DNA of 64,000 nt from Paragordius varius (Eukaryota > Animalia > Nematomorpha): contig OZ176051.1 of NCBI GenBank assembly GCA_964247055.1, positions 10,974,001 to 11,038,000 of the forward strand, in the 5' to 3' direction. Made by a program: the position numbers and the translations under genes. Positions within the stretch are counted from its first letter, which is position 1. Every line of letters starts with the position of its first letter. Below, piece by piece: positions 23,444 through 37,139 of this stretch. Under the pieces are notes generated by a model. That model was not told the DNA's origin and did not search any database. It worked only from the letters and a program-made list of their open reading frames with translations.

Positions 23444-26400
23444 ATGAGATGTCCTCCAAAATTTTTACACTTTGAATATGAAACACCCAAGATTGTTAAA
23501 ATATCGAATTGGAAACTCGGTCTTCTAAATAAATTTATAAAAATATTTATTCTATCCTACATTCTCGGATACGTAATAATTTTTAATAAGGGATATCAAT
23601 CGTATGATACTAATCCACAAAGCGCCAATTCCATAAAAATAAAGGGTATCGGCTTATTAACCTCTGCAGCAAATGGATATCAACCAGAGAGTGTTGTTGA
23701 CATGGCAGATTATCAATTTACTCCACCTGTAGAAAATTTTGCATTTTACATTCCCACAAACATCATAATAACAAACAATCAAACTCAATCGGTATGTCCT
23801 GAAGATTCAGAAATCCTTGGTGTTGGTTGTAAGTATGGTCGAAATCCAAATGGTATTTTCAGTATTTAAATTTTTTGCATTACTCAAACCGTATAAAAAC
23901 ACTTTTTTGCCAAATCTGTTTCTGTGAGTATCACTTTTTTGTTAAAATATATACACAGAATTAGGCATAAAACTGATTTTGCAGTTATCTAGACAAAAAC
24001 ATGTTTAAAAATCATCGATATATCTTTGGAAAGAAAAATGCGGTTTTTAAAACAATATTTTATGCAATTATGCCTAAATGCGGTAATATTAATAAATTAA
24101 CTAATATAAATTTTTTCTGCAGTTTTTTAACAAATAAATATTAAGGGCATAAGCTCAAATTTATAAACATTACTGCACACATAGGTTGCATAACTGGAAA
24201 AATCATTGAAATCGGAAATGGGATCCAGACTGGTAATTGTATACGAAATCCTGATTCAAGTTAATTTTTTTATATGATAGTTTATCTTTGGATAATTTAG
24301 TTCATGTTGGCCAATTGGTAATAACAGTAGCGTAAGGTGTGAAACCAGGTCTATTTATAATTAAATTAATTAATATATTAAAAGATATTATAAAACTTAT
24401 TATTTTTAACCATTTTGTTTTTATACGCTACTTTATTAATTATTAATTGGTCAACGATAAATTCAGTACTGTAAATATTTAAAAAGATATAGTAACAAGA
24501 GCTATTATAGATCATATTAGTATTCTAATTGGCTAAAAAGCTAGTGGAGAAAAAAATATATAATGAGATATCGTGTAATAATTTTATTTACTAACAAAAA
24601 TACATCCTGTGTATTTATTACAGTATGCATTTTAATGGTTGCTTATTTCACACTATAGTTGGGCAATTCGCAACAACAAAGTAGTGTATGGAAAAAACAA
24701 CAAAATGTTTATAAACAATTATTACCTTTCTTTTTTCCATACACTCCTGTGTCACAATTGCCCAACTATAGTATGAAATAAGCAACCATTAAAATGTATA
24801 CGGTAAATACCCTTTTAGCCAATAAAAAAACGGCAATAGTCAATTATAGCTCTCATTGCTGTATATATTTGTTCCTCTCGTCTGCTTTGAGACTTATACA
24901 GTAAACTGCTTTATTTTTTTGGGGGCAAGTTGTTAATAGATTAGACAGTTTAAATCAGGGGTGTTTAACACAAAAGGTTTCACGGGCGGCATTAGAATAT
25001 GTATATGCATTCATGAGGATTTTATAAGATTTTAGAAAACTGTAAAATGGAAACATATTATAGCATTTTTTTTTAGTTTTGCCAATTGAATAGACTTATT
25101 TAAAAAATTTGTTTAGAGACGATATTTATTAAGATTTTGTGAGCACATTTTTATAATTTATCGATATCCAAATTTTTTGCGGGCCGTACATAAAGTCTCA
25201 GATGGCTCCATGTTGGCTCCTTAAATGTTCTATTTTTATTTCTTGCTTTAATTGTACTTAATGGAAATTTAAACGGTAAAAAACGAAATAAAATTTATTT
25301 TCCCTATACTAACGATTTATAAAGAATAACACTTTATTTGTATATTTATTTTAGAGGATCCATTATTAACTGGCGTGTGTGAAATTAGAGGATGGTGCCC
25401 TGTGCAAAAATCTCATAATACAAGTATTTTATATCTCCGATTTTTTAGATTAGTTTTTAGTATTTAAGCTTTTATAATAATATTAATAAAGTATTAATGA
25501 ACTAGCCTTATATGATATGCATCCCTAGAAAAGATGTTAATTTTTTTATGTTTTTTTGATTTTGCCCTCATAAACACCAACTAAATCGGGTTTTTTAAAC
25601 CAAAGAAAACAATAATTAGGATTAGTTAAAATCTTTTTTGTATCGGATAAATTAGATATTTATACAAATTATAATTTCTGTAAATCTAACATAGTTTAGT
25701 GAAAAACCCTATATACACCCCCCCCCCCCGAACTCTTGATTCTGTATACTTGATAAAACTAACACTTTTATATATTATTTACAAATTATTCTAACCACCT
25801 CTTTTATGGATATGATTTATGCAAAAATTTTATTGTTTTATTGGAGATATGTTAATCAAAAGTGAATAAATTGAAATATTAATTTACCGTTGGCTTATCA
25901 AACACAAATAAACATAAGTATTTATTGACAATCAAATCAAAAATTTATTTTCGATTTCTCAATTTACTAAACGCCTCTATACTCATACTTATGGCAATTA
26001 CAACAAAAATTTGAATTATAAAGACAGAACGTTATACTTTAATTTATGTAACCCACTAAATGATAACAATTAAATATGTAATTGTTTCCAATTTACATTA
26101 TTTTATGTTTCGCAACCCAATTTATAACTAATTAAGTTTTAAAATAATGTGGCTGTCTCTTTTTTATAAAAAAATATTCCTCATTTTGTCATTCAGATTT
26201 TTTCCATTTTTACTGTATATATAAATTTTTAAGATATATATTATATTTATATTTAGTTAGTTACTCTCCCAACACAATTTTTAACGTATCCACAACTAAT
26301 ACAATGTTTCGACCCAATTACTTGGATGGCCAATTGGTTTGGGGTGCTGAAAATTTCACGATTTACATTAAGAATGCCATTTCATTCCCCAAGTTTGGTG

Positions 26401-27398
26401 TTAGGCGTCGTAACGTTAAAGATGATCAGGACATTGAAGCTGCTAATATCATACCTCCTAATTCAAAACTTTATTATTACCATTTTTTACGGTGGATAAC
26501 ATTTTGGGAGAAGGGGGGAAAATATAATACGAAGCTCAAAAGTGCTAAGAATCAAAAATCTACTCAAACCTTGACGTATTTACGGACTTGTAGGTACTAG
26601 AATTGTGAATGTATATAAAGTGTTGGAAATGATAGTTTCCGTTATTGATAAAATGTTGCGAAAATTATATTGCCAGGGCATCTAAAAAATGATTTTGATA
26701 CAAAATGTATTATTATTATTCGTATCATAACGCTTTTCTTTTCGAAAATTAAACACTAAAGTTTTTACAGTTTTAAAATTATTTGAATTGTTTTCGGTTC
26801 CTCAAAAATAATTATAAACATGGCGCTACTATATTATACGATTCTGGGAAATTTTTTCCAATATTTCGAAACAAAAGTCAAACTATGATACATTGTTAAT
26901 AATAATCGCAGCTATTATAACGGTTTACAAATATAAATATTTATAATCAAGGAAAAGTTTGTGTTTAAAACTAAAATTTGATTAATTAAAACACCCTAGA
27001 TAAGTTTGTGTTTAAAACTAAAATTTGATTAATTAAAACACCCTATCTATGGAAGAAATGTAATCTTTAAGTTATTTTTAAATTAATGGCTATAATTAAG
27101 AAATTTATTAGGATTTTTACCTATATTTATCAAAACAAGCCGGCAATACAATATATTGATTTTTAGTTAAATATATGTGTAAAAAATTATCATATATAAA
27201 TTAATTATTATCTTAGACGATGATTGATTTAACACATCGTATTTCACTAATTTTTATTATTTTTATTATATATTTGATTTTTAATATAGCATCATAACTC
27301 AGTAGTCAACCTAATTTATTTTTAAATTGGAATTATTTTTTGCATACTTTAGTCTATAGATTTATGTTGGTTTAAATACTTTTTAAATCTCATCCTAA

Positions 27399-27459
<61 letters not shown>

Positions 27460-28557
27460 CATCCATATAGATTTTAAACATAAGATTGTAAAATGCCTGA
27501 ATCTAGTTTGTTGCCAAGCTAATCTTTCTCAGAAAATTTGTTTATCACATATTAATTTAATTAAGATTTTGTGAGCTTATTTTTGCATCGATTATGGATC
27601 AAATTTTTCCCGCACTTTAGGCACCCCTATAAACGCTTAAATGCAATACCTATTTTTGTAGATACAATCGTTCCCTACATAATTGGTGGTGTCCTGTCTT
27701 TAGCTTAAACGACATTTTAGAGTTTGCTAATACATCGTATGAAAACGTTTATCTTGAAGGCGCTATCATACTCATCAAAATTAATTGGAATTGTAACCTT
27801 GATCGACATTGGGAAAAGTGTACACCCACGTACGATTTTTCTCGCATCGATGATCAAAATGTCAAATTTAGTCGTGGATGGAATTTTCGACAAGCCCTTT
27901 ATTTTCGGGTAAGTATGGTAAAAATTTGATTTTTACAGGAATACGTCTTTTTCGGTAACTAATATGGTCAGATAAGTCGACATAATGAGTTTTTTAATTT
28001 AGTTCCTTAAATAGTAAATTTTATTATTGTTCATTTATAATTTTATAATTATCATGTTAACTTTCCTGTCAATGTTTTTGGCGTAACGATTAAGGGATCA
28101 ATAAATTGGTTTTATCTTATTTACCTTTATATGACAATCCTTTACAACAGCCTTATTCAACCAAAGAAATATATTTAGAGCTCGAATATAACTTAACGCG
28201 CTGGCTGCATTTTAGAATCGAACGACGACCTCCGCAAAATTTATAGGAATCGACAAATATTTTGTTATATTACAAACATAAGACTGTAAAAACTACTGTT
28301 TTCAACAATTTTTTCTAGTTTATTGCCGAAATTGGGTATGATGTATTCAGAAAATTTTTTTAAGAACATCAATTTTGTGAAATTATTAAAATTTCTTGCG
28401 GGCTACAAAAATATTTTGGAGGCTTGTGTGTTGGCCACTCCTTGTGTAGACAAATTGAGTAATAATTCGTATTTAATAAATTTATTACGATAAGTGTCAG
28501 ATTATAATGATCTTTTTTTTTTCAAATATTTAAATTTTATAAATAGAGAGCAATTAT

Positions 28558-28596
<39 letters not shown>

Positions 28597-29355
28597 GTTA
28601 GGAAAACGGAGTTATGAAGCGAACCCTTATTAAAATTTATGGGGTTCGATGCATGATTCAAACGAGCGGTATAGCCGGAAAATTCAGTCTTGCCCCAACT
28701 TTAGTTAATCTTGGCTCAGGGATTGCTTTGATGGGCCTTACCAGTATCGTATGTGATTTATTATGTAAGAAAATTTAAGTTGATTTTTGAATTTGTATAA
28801 AAATTTATTGTATATTATTGAAAAGATTTTATAAGTAAAATTGTTCGACCTTAAATGATATTTAGTTTTTTATTTTATCAAAAATTTATTTTTTTTTCGT
28901 TAAATGGGTATATTTTGGTAAATAATGGAAAAACAAAAGCTCTATGGTATTAACAATATCATATTCATCAAAAAGTTATCGAATTACCATAGTGCTCTTG
29001 TTTTTTCCATTCTTTACCAAATATTTATACCCATTTAACGAAAAAATTTTTTTTGATAAAATAAAGGATACATGACTGTATATGAGGTGTATTTATTTAC
29101 ATTTTGGGGAAGTTTAAGAAATTTAGTAAAAATGAATGAGACTTTAGCCATCAATTTAAATATATAATTTGTAATTTATCAAATAAGATGTTGCCTAACA
29201 AAAATTTTATATATCCATTTTCAATTAAAGTTTTGATACGAATTTATATTCCTTTAGTGCTCTATATCATTAAAAAACGACAATTATACCGTGCCAGAAA
29301 ATATGAAGAAACTGAAACTCCACCATCTGTACCGGATAGCCCTACCTCACTCTAA
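23444..29355 (+). CDS. P2X: P2X purinoceptor (ATP-gated cation channel), 465 aa
   Basis: join(23444..23852,24185..24259,25355..25423,26257..26593,27662..27908,28602..28764,29258..29355) is 1398 nt. Motifs present: FEYETPK, TM1, SIKIKG, CEIRGWCP, AENFTIYIKNAISFPKF, CPVF, INWNCNLD, GWNFR, RTLIKIYG, GKFS, TM2 and YRARKY. All ten ectodomain cysteines are present. Confidence 0.95.
24621..24803. mobile_element. Tc1/mariner-type MITE in P2X intron 2
   Basis: TA|CAGTATGCATTTTAATGGTTGCTTATTTCA...TGAAATAAGCAACCATTAAAATGTATACGG|TA forms long imperfect TIRs. Confidence 0.75.
26956..27044. repeat. Tandem duplication of ~43 bp
   Basis: AAGTTTGTGTTTAAAACTAAAATTTGATTAATTAAAACACCCTA occurs twice. Confidence 0.85.
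27399..27456. repeat. Compound (AC)n(AT)n microsatellite
   Basis: Read directly from the sequence. Confidence 0.95.
28560..28593. repeat. (AT)n microsatellite abutting the P2X exon 6 acceptor
   Basis: The run ends 8 nt before the end of the intron (AG at 28600-28601). Confidence 0.9.
28868..29065. mobile_element. MITE-like imperfect palindrome in P2X intron 6
   Basis: TTTATTTTATCAAAAA...CGTTAAATGGGTATA is mirrored by TATACCCATTTAACG...TTTTTGATAAAATAAA. Confidence 0.7.
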
Positions 29356-30084
29356 TTTATTATTTTTTTGGCATAACAAAAAAGGCATTGAATAACAAAT
29401 ACTCTGAGAGTTTGCTCTCAATTATTTTATCTTCTTTTGCAAAAAATGTATTTTTAAATATTAATATATTTTTACCTATGATAAACCAAATCTTCATATA
29501 TTCCTCGGTAATTGAAAATTTATTTTTATATAATTTTAAATAATTATATATATTGTATTTATATGAATCATCCGGGACATTGTATATTTTTCACTGCCAT
29601 TTTTATTTATATGTCAAATCAATTTTACTATAAATCGCGATCAACTTTTAACGCAAAATCTTTAAATTAATTGTATATTTTTATTTTTTGGTAAACATAA
29701 CTGAGTATTTAAAGGCCCTACCTCTAAGTTGCTTGAAATATTGGCTATTGGTTATCCAGGCCAGTTTTGGATGTGCAAAAATCTCTAAAAACACTTAATA
29801 TGATGAGTTTTATAAAAGACGTGTGAAATATAAAAACCTGTCAATCGTGTTTAGAAAAATAATGAATGTCTATTCGTGTTACCACCTTTAAATAAATTTT
29901 TGGCTGAAATATTCGATTATTTATTATAGGGATACATTTGTGATTAATACTATTGATAATGATAAAATATGTAATTGTATGCTATATTTTGAGAACAATA
30001 TTGGGTGTAAAATATAAATAAATAAGTAACATATTAGGATCATTATCAAAAACAGAATAAATTATCATCACAAAAGAGTCACAA

Positions 30085-31081
30085 CTATGTAGTATTATTC
30101 ATGCTAGAATGTTTTTGAGATATAGGAGACGCTGGGAGTGAGCTCATTTTCAAACTATCACATTGATATGGTAAGTAACATAAATTGTCCGCCGATGTGC
30201 TTTTACCATTTTTCCTATCCTCCCTTACCCGTTTCCAATAGAGGTGAGCTATAAAACCCGTCATAGCTAGCGTTAAAATTGTTATTAGGGCTAGGCTAAA
30301 GCTTAGCGCCATAGGGCTCATGCAAAACAGGGCTGAAGGAGATCTTTCATTATTACCCAACAAATTTTTGATGAGCGGTTGGACAGACATTGAAGTATCT
30401 GGTAGCTCGTTGGTTAGTGCTGTTTCGTATAGGTTTATTTTCCTTTTGTCATTTACCATGTTTTGGTATTGATGATTGGACGATGCATTATTATAATCTT
30501 TAAGGTATAATTATAAATATAATGTACTATAAAAATTAAATTTTGTACAATACAAATAAATCAAACTCGCATATGCTATACTTTTATAATCCATCAAGGA
30601 CATATCCTCCCCTTCAGCTTCAGGGATTTCAACTTTGATAGTTTGGAAAAGATTTAAACTATCATTACTTTGGTAATGATTTGGCAAATATTGATCAATC
30701 AAATAGGTTGCACGTTTTTTACGGCGATTTGCGATTCTCATGGTACCACTAGCCGTTCCAGTATAAACTCCATAAATCCCGCATTGGGGCTTAATTGCAA
30801 ATAAAATATAAATATTTAAGTGATATACGTAATTTTTTGATATATGCATGTAGTTTATTAAAACAATAAATGTTTTACATTTTTTAAAAATTGTTTCATG
30901 CGCCCAAAAGGCTAAAGAAAGCATATCTTTAAATTTGGCTGGATCTAAAAATATTAATAAGATATTTTGACTCTGGGATATGAAACTAAACCAAAAGGTC
31001 AAAAAGTGTAAAGAAGAATTGCAACCGTAATTATTTTTAGATTTACAAAATATAAAAGTCAAACCGTTTCAGGTTAACATA

Positions 31082-31121
<40 letters not shown>

Positions 31122-34100
31122 GAAATTAATTTTATAATTTTTTCAAAAAGGAGCCTTCAATATGTTTTATATGTTTTAAGTTTTTCGGTTATTTTACACT
31201 TTGATAAAAATAATTAAATGTTTATGGTAAAAGATAGTTAACCGATTTCAGAACTCTATGACTACAAAAATGGGTGGAACGGAATTTCACGGTAAATTTT
31301 TAGTTGAACTGGAAATTTATTTTGAAAAAAGTGAATCGAGACCTGGAGCAAAGAGAGAGAGAGAGAGCGGTGTAAAATCAGAAATTTCGAATTAATTTGA
31401 GAGTAAAAAATATTACCGTTTGACAGCGGTGGAAACAAAATTTGATATTGCATTCAAAGTAGACATTTTCAACGTCGGGAAATTTGAAGACTTTGAAATG
31501 AGCATATATTAACATATCTTTCCCAAATGTTTCACGGGTCTGAGGTCCAATAATTTTGTTATGAACTGGGCAACCTTGGTCATCTAACAATTGAATTTTG
31601 CCGAGATTCATTCCATCATGGGCCACACAGTTGAGGATAGTTAGGTCAAAAATCCCTATATTAAGATAAATTACATTTACACTTTATATATACATATATA
31701 AACTATGGCCGATTTTCGCAATTCTGCGGCTGTTAATTATGAGGGTATTTTCTTTGTCAATTATGAATAAAATATACGTTAAAATAATAAAATTTTATAT
31801 CATTTTATCGTATTTACATTGAACTATATATTCTTAGTTATGATAAATATTGAGTTAAAAATCGGAAATAAATAGAGAGTTATTAAGTAAAAAGATGTGT
31901 TCTCTCAGCCATTATAATCTAAATTTACATATGGGTGTTGTAAAATACATACAGCTTTTGGAAAATAAGAGACGTTGATCCCTTTAAAAATGATTCTCAT
32001 CCTAAATCGTTTGGTTTTTAATGGCAAATGTTTTTAACATTTAGGTTTCATTTATTATAGCTTAATTATTATCATATATATGGAAATGGAAATAATTTGT
32101 TACCTTTTTATCCCAAAAATCTTAAAATATACTTTAATTCAATAAATGAAAGATTATTACCCGAACAACTTTAACATTAAACCAAAGTGAAAAAATATTT
32201 TTACTGTATTTCACATTTTTTATTTTAAACCTGTTTTACTGCTAATAGTACAGATTTTACTTCTCAAATAAACGGTTTCGGTTCTAACCACTGTGATAAT
32301 TAACCTAAAAACAAATTTCTTACCAACATTATCTTGTACAGTTATAACTATGGTCCCAATCTCACCCAGTCGGAGTAAACTTGCACGTGGGGCAGTTGGT
32401 ATTTTTCCTGATACAATTTTCATTGATGCCGGTGGCATATTCATGTTTGTTGGGGCAACTTTGGAGGTGTCTAACATTCTATCAAAAAATATTTTAAATT
32501 ATAATCTTTCTATAAATATTTTTCATATATATAATTAATGAGTTTTAAATAATTATGTTTTATACGGGACAGTTATGTGGGATGAAATTTTGGGTCCGTT
32601 TTCTCCACCCATGGCACATGAAGCCTTGTATGCACTGTCCCATGCTGACATAATACCCAAATCATTGTCAAACATTATAATAATTTTATTTTGGAAGGAA
32701 GTTATTCCGTTGGTTAGATCCCAAGACTATATTTGTGCGATAAATTTAAATATATGATATTTTGGTTTATTAAGATCAATTTAATATTAAAACATATTTG
32801 TGCAAAAAGCAATTTCAACTCTGTTATATATACATCACTAATGGTTGTACTTCCACACCCATCTAAAGGTAAAACGAGGGATATGCTTTGAGAACCCTTG
32901 CCCACAGTCCGGCATGAATCAACTTTGTAATAGCCTTTGGCATAAATGATCCCATAGAATTGTTTGTTAAAGTGAGCCGTGAAAATCATTTGGTTATTGG
33001 GTAAATTACAAACTACTTGAACATCTAAATATGTTATAAATATTTTGTTTCATTATCAATATAAAATAAATTTAGGCATGAGGCTTAAAGCGGTTGTGAA
33101 AACAAAAGTCATAAGTAGAAGCTCAATCCAAATTTTAATACATTTTTAACGGTCAAGGCTTAAATCCACAACAATTTATAATTTTGAATTTTATTTAAAA
33201 AAATTCGCTATTTATTTACCAATAATTTTATTATTTTCATATGGTGTCACGCCATTAGAAGCTGATCTCTGCATTGGGGGTGAAGGTGGAATGTTTCGTA
33301 AACCATTATATCTGTTAACGACCGTGTTTTGGGCTCCGACTGTTCTGGCGGGGTAGGAGGGCCTTTGTCCTTGAGGCAAGCCATAAAATACGGGTCTACG
33401 TTCATTCAGTGCAAACGTCCGTGAAGTATCAATCTGATAATTTCTGAATGAAGGTATCATTTGAGATCCTATATGCGAAATTGTAAAAAAATATAATCAT
33501 AAAAAATGGAATGAAAAATAGTGATTTGTGCAAATAAAAATTAGATAATAAAATAATAGATAAATTTAATTATTATCTTGATATGAAACCACATATGGCC
33601 AATCAATAAAAATATTTGATAAACAATGCAAACCCTGTCTCCTATTCCGATTCGTCGATTGTTGATAGTTTATTCCGGGGTTTTGATTCAATAGCCCTGA
33701 GTTAGCTACATAGGTAGCAGGTCTAACAATGTTTTTGTTAGTTTCCTGTGAACTTTTTTCGACGTCAACATTTTTAATGTTCGTGTTGTTGAAATTAATT
33801 GTACGTTGATTAAATGTTTGGTTAATTTGTTCTTTGTTATTGTTATCATTTAAATTTGTAATAGTTTGAAGTTGAGAAATTGTATCCTTAGGTATTTCTT
33901 GCTTTTGTCTTTTCATCCGCTCAACTATTAATGGGTCTTTTAAAGTCTCTTGTACACCCCGGACGCTTAAATTTTCTTCGATAGGGCTTTTTTGATTCTT
34001 TTGCAAAGTGTCAGTTTGTACTAATGATTGTTTATTGATATTATTAATATTGTTATTGCTTTTGGACTTGCTGGCGGTAATGTCATTTATAATTTTCTGA

Positions 34101-35191
34101 GTATTTTTCACCGCGTCTGCAATAGCCTTAACAATTGGACTTTTAGCCTTAAATTGCGATATTTTCTTTTCTCTCACCTTTTCAAGCGGTTTATCTACGG
34201 CTTTATTAACATCTTGTTTAATGTTTAAACCTTGACTCTTCTCTACTGCAGTTGATTGAGTCTTTGAATCTGTTAGATTGCTTGTAGAAGCTTCCTTATG
34301 TATTCTTGGCAAACTTTTTACGACCTCAACATTGGGGGCCTTTAAAAAATTTTCCGAAAAATTTACGTTAAGTTGAATTTTATCCGTTTCAGATTTCGAT
34401 AATGGAACTAAATTTGCTCCTTGTAGATCATTAGCTTTTGGTAACTGGCGCTGAGATTTATCCTTTAGAATTTTTTTGTCAACTTGGGTATTCGTTTTAC
34501 TCTGATTAGGAAGCAAGGTTTTTATATTTTTTTGAGTCAAATCAACGTCTAAACTTTGAATCGCATCAACTTTCAAAGATGCCTTTTCGAGATCTGTATG
34601 TTTGTTCGTTGCGGTAAAATCAAATTTTTTAGGAGCATATATGTTTGATAATTTTTTTGACGGATACGTTTGATCTGTCTGTAGGGTGTTTATCTAGAAA
34701 AGAATAATAAATTATTAACTATAGTGTAGATCTCAAATTATATAACCCAATTTAATTTTTTGAGCCAAATAGAATCTAGTTTTATTCAAGCTTGAATACT
34801 ATAATAATTTCATCAACGTTAAAGGAGTAAAATTATGCAAATACGCTAAAATATATGACATTTCCAGTGTTAAATATCATACCAATACTATACAATGGTC
34901 TTTTAAACGAAAAAAAATTGATTTAAACATTAAAGAATATAACATACAGCCCATGATCGGTATGCTACGTACGATAATATTTATGAATCAACCTGTAGCT
35001 CATATGGTTAAAATATATGTCGGGTTATCGGGTTACAAAATAAAATTTAGGGTTTCCTATTATCATTCTATAAACTTTAAAAATATTTTTTTAAAAAAGT
35101 AATAAAGATAGATTTTTACCAAATAAGGAGTGATAAAGAATATGATCCAGATAAAATATGTTGGATTGATATTTGCTGGGGTAAATAACAT
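30085..35191 (-). CDS. ZP-domain type I membrane protein (cuticlin/dusky/miniature-like), 915 aa
   Basis: complement(join(30085..30497,30582..30789,31417..31655,32324..32478,32566..32726,32834..33024,33220..33468,33634..34693,35120..35191)) is 2748 nt. It has a signal-peptide-like start and a long K/Q/N/S/T-rich region. ZP-N begins DVQVVC...FYGIIYAKG...C, ZP-C includes HFKVFKFPDVENVYFECNIKFC, and a furin site RRKKR and a TM segment follow. Confidence 0.88.
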
Positions 35192-36754
35192 ATTGAAACG
35201 ATAATAGAATTATCAGAAAATTTCTAATATTTTTTAATAATTTATATACAAATATCTGTTTGATTTATTTGAATATTTCGATCCTTTTTAATTTATTTGG
35301 GAAAATTAGAAAAGCTATAAAAACAATTTTATACAAGTTGTATTTTAAAAAGAATAAAGATTAATAAGAAGTCAGCACAGAGTGGCATCATTTTTTATTT
35401 TTTTATCATTCTCATTGAAGATGTTCACAAAGTATGTTAAATGGTGATTTTTATAACCTTATTATATTTATGGTTTCTTTTATCAAACTAAAAATATGTA
35501 TATAAAAAATAGGTAAAGATAAATTATGTAGATCACTTCTATTATTATATCAATTTTTACCTGGATACACAAAATTATAAATTCTCTATTTATAGTAAAT
35601 TATCATCAAAAATGTATAAAATCATCAATGATAAATGTGTTTTGAGATTTGTTCTTTCTGTTGTCCCTTTTTCATATACATTTACCTTTGAATAAAATAT
35701 GCAAACATTCATAATTTATGGAAAACAATAATAAAAAAATTATTCAGATTTGATTAATATATTATACCGTTTTGTACCTGGTGGTATTAGCCTATATTAA
35801 TAATCAATTGAAATAAGACTTGTAATTTTATAAGCATGGGTTCATAAGTTAAAGTAGAATAAAAATTTAAAATAATTATGGAATTGTCCAATCAAGACTA
35901 CCTCCAAAAACTTTATTAATTAACTTTTATCAAAATTTAATTTTTGTGTTGAATCAATTGTATAGGTCACATAATTAAAATTCATAGGAAAAATGTAAAA
36001 AAAGATAATTATCCTCTATAAGACACAAAAAGAGATTAATATTTCTTAGTATGTAAATTTATCATATATTAATAAATAATAGGTCATCGAATATTACTTA
36101 AAACTGTTTTGTATAGATATTATTTCTACCTATGTTGCTGTTCGTAGTTAAGAATTTTAATAAATAACTGAAAATAAAATTACCAATTATAGATTTCATG
36201 AAATGTAAATTTATTTAGTCATACATTCTTATAAAGATCTTAGAAAGGTGATGTGCACTGACCGTTAAAATTAGCATAATTCCATTTGATTTTATAAAGA
36301 ATGCAATACATGTGAAAAGTAATTGAACCTCATCAAGAAATAACTTTTTAAGGTAGGTCAATCCTAATATTTATAAATTATGTTTTTATATTTAATTTTA
36401 CAACATGTCATGATTTAAAAATTTATTCTTTATAAAATTAAAAATTTCATATGACCATATGTTCTTCTATGTATTATAACAATTTTTGGTACAAAAACGA
36501 CTAACTACAAAATCGAAAAATTCGTGTTTCCTAAATAAATATTTGCAGATGGGTAGCTTGCATTTCTGGCTACCCCCTGCTTGTTATTCGACATAGAAAT
36601 AGACAATATACAATATATCATTTATTTATATTAATTTAAAATTCTATGTATTAAATAAAAGAGAATACGAACTTTTAAGAATATAGAATTAAATAGGAGC
36701 TATATTAAAATTAAAAATATTAAAAATCTAAAAGGGCTAATGTACGGTGTGGTC

Positions 36755-36917
36755 TCATAGATCCGGGCGGCTTGCAAAAGCTTTACCAAATCCGCCAAGC
36801 AATCCTATAATAAGGTCAGATATGGCAAAGGGTATACAATGAGGTGATCGTAGAGCCGGAGAGACCTGCAGATAAAATAACATAGTTAACTTTAGCAAAA
36901 TCCAGGGATATCGACAT
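36755..36917 (-). CDS. Candidate 45-aa micro-ORF with a 25-nt intron (possibly a uORF of the ZP gene)
   Basis: complement(join(36755..36865,36891..36917)) reads MSISLDFAK|VSPALRSPHCIPFAISDLIIGLLGGFGKAFASRPDL*. It is an exon-like GC-richer island with a strong TTTTATCTGCAG acceptor; I recognise no homolog. Confidence 0.3.
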
Positions 36918-37139
36918 GTCAAATTAACCAATTTACAGAATAGAGTTAGACAAATTTGAAATCAGATAAGAAGATAAGTTCAATGTTCATATTATTGTAG
37001 TTCATAAAATTATGATAGAATATTCATCATCCAAATAATAAAAGTGGCTGCCCAATAACATCTAAAATTCAAATTATACGGCAGCCAATCATATTAAAAA
37101 TAAATAATATCCACTAAATAATACAAGATTTTTTAAGAA

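Noticed and set aside
24301-24348. Possible extra P2X exon (SCWPIGNNSSVRCET)
   Set aside because: The phase is incompatible with the exon 2 donor, and exon 2 joins 25355 cleanly with all cysteines accounted for.
32305-32323. 19-nt GT-AG micro-intron candidate in the ZP gene
   Set aside because: Splicing here gives an immediate stop (GGT TAA). The acceptor at 31656 restores the ZP-C domain.
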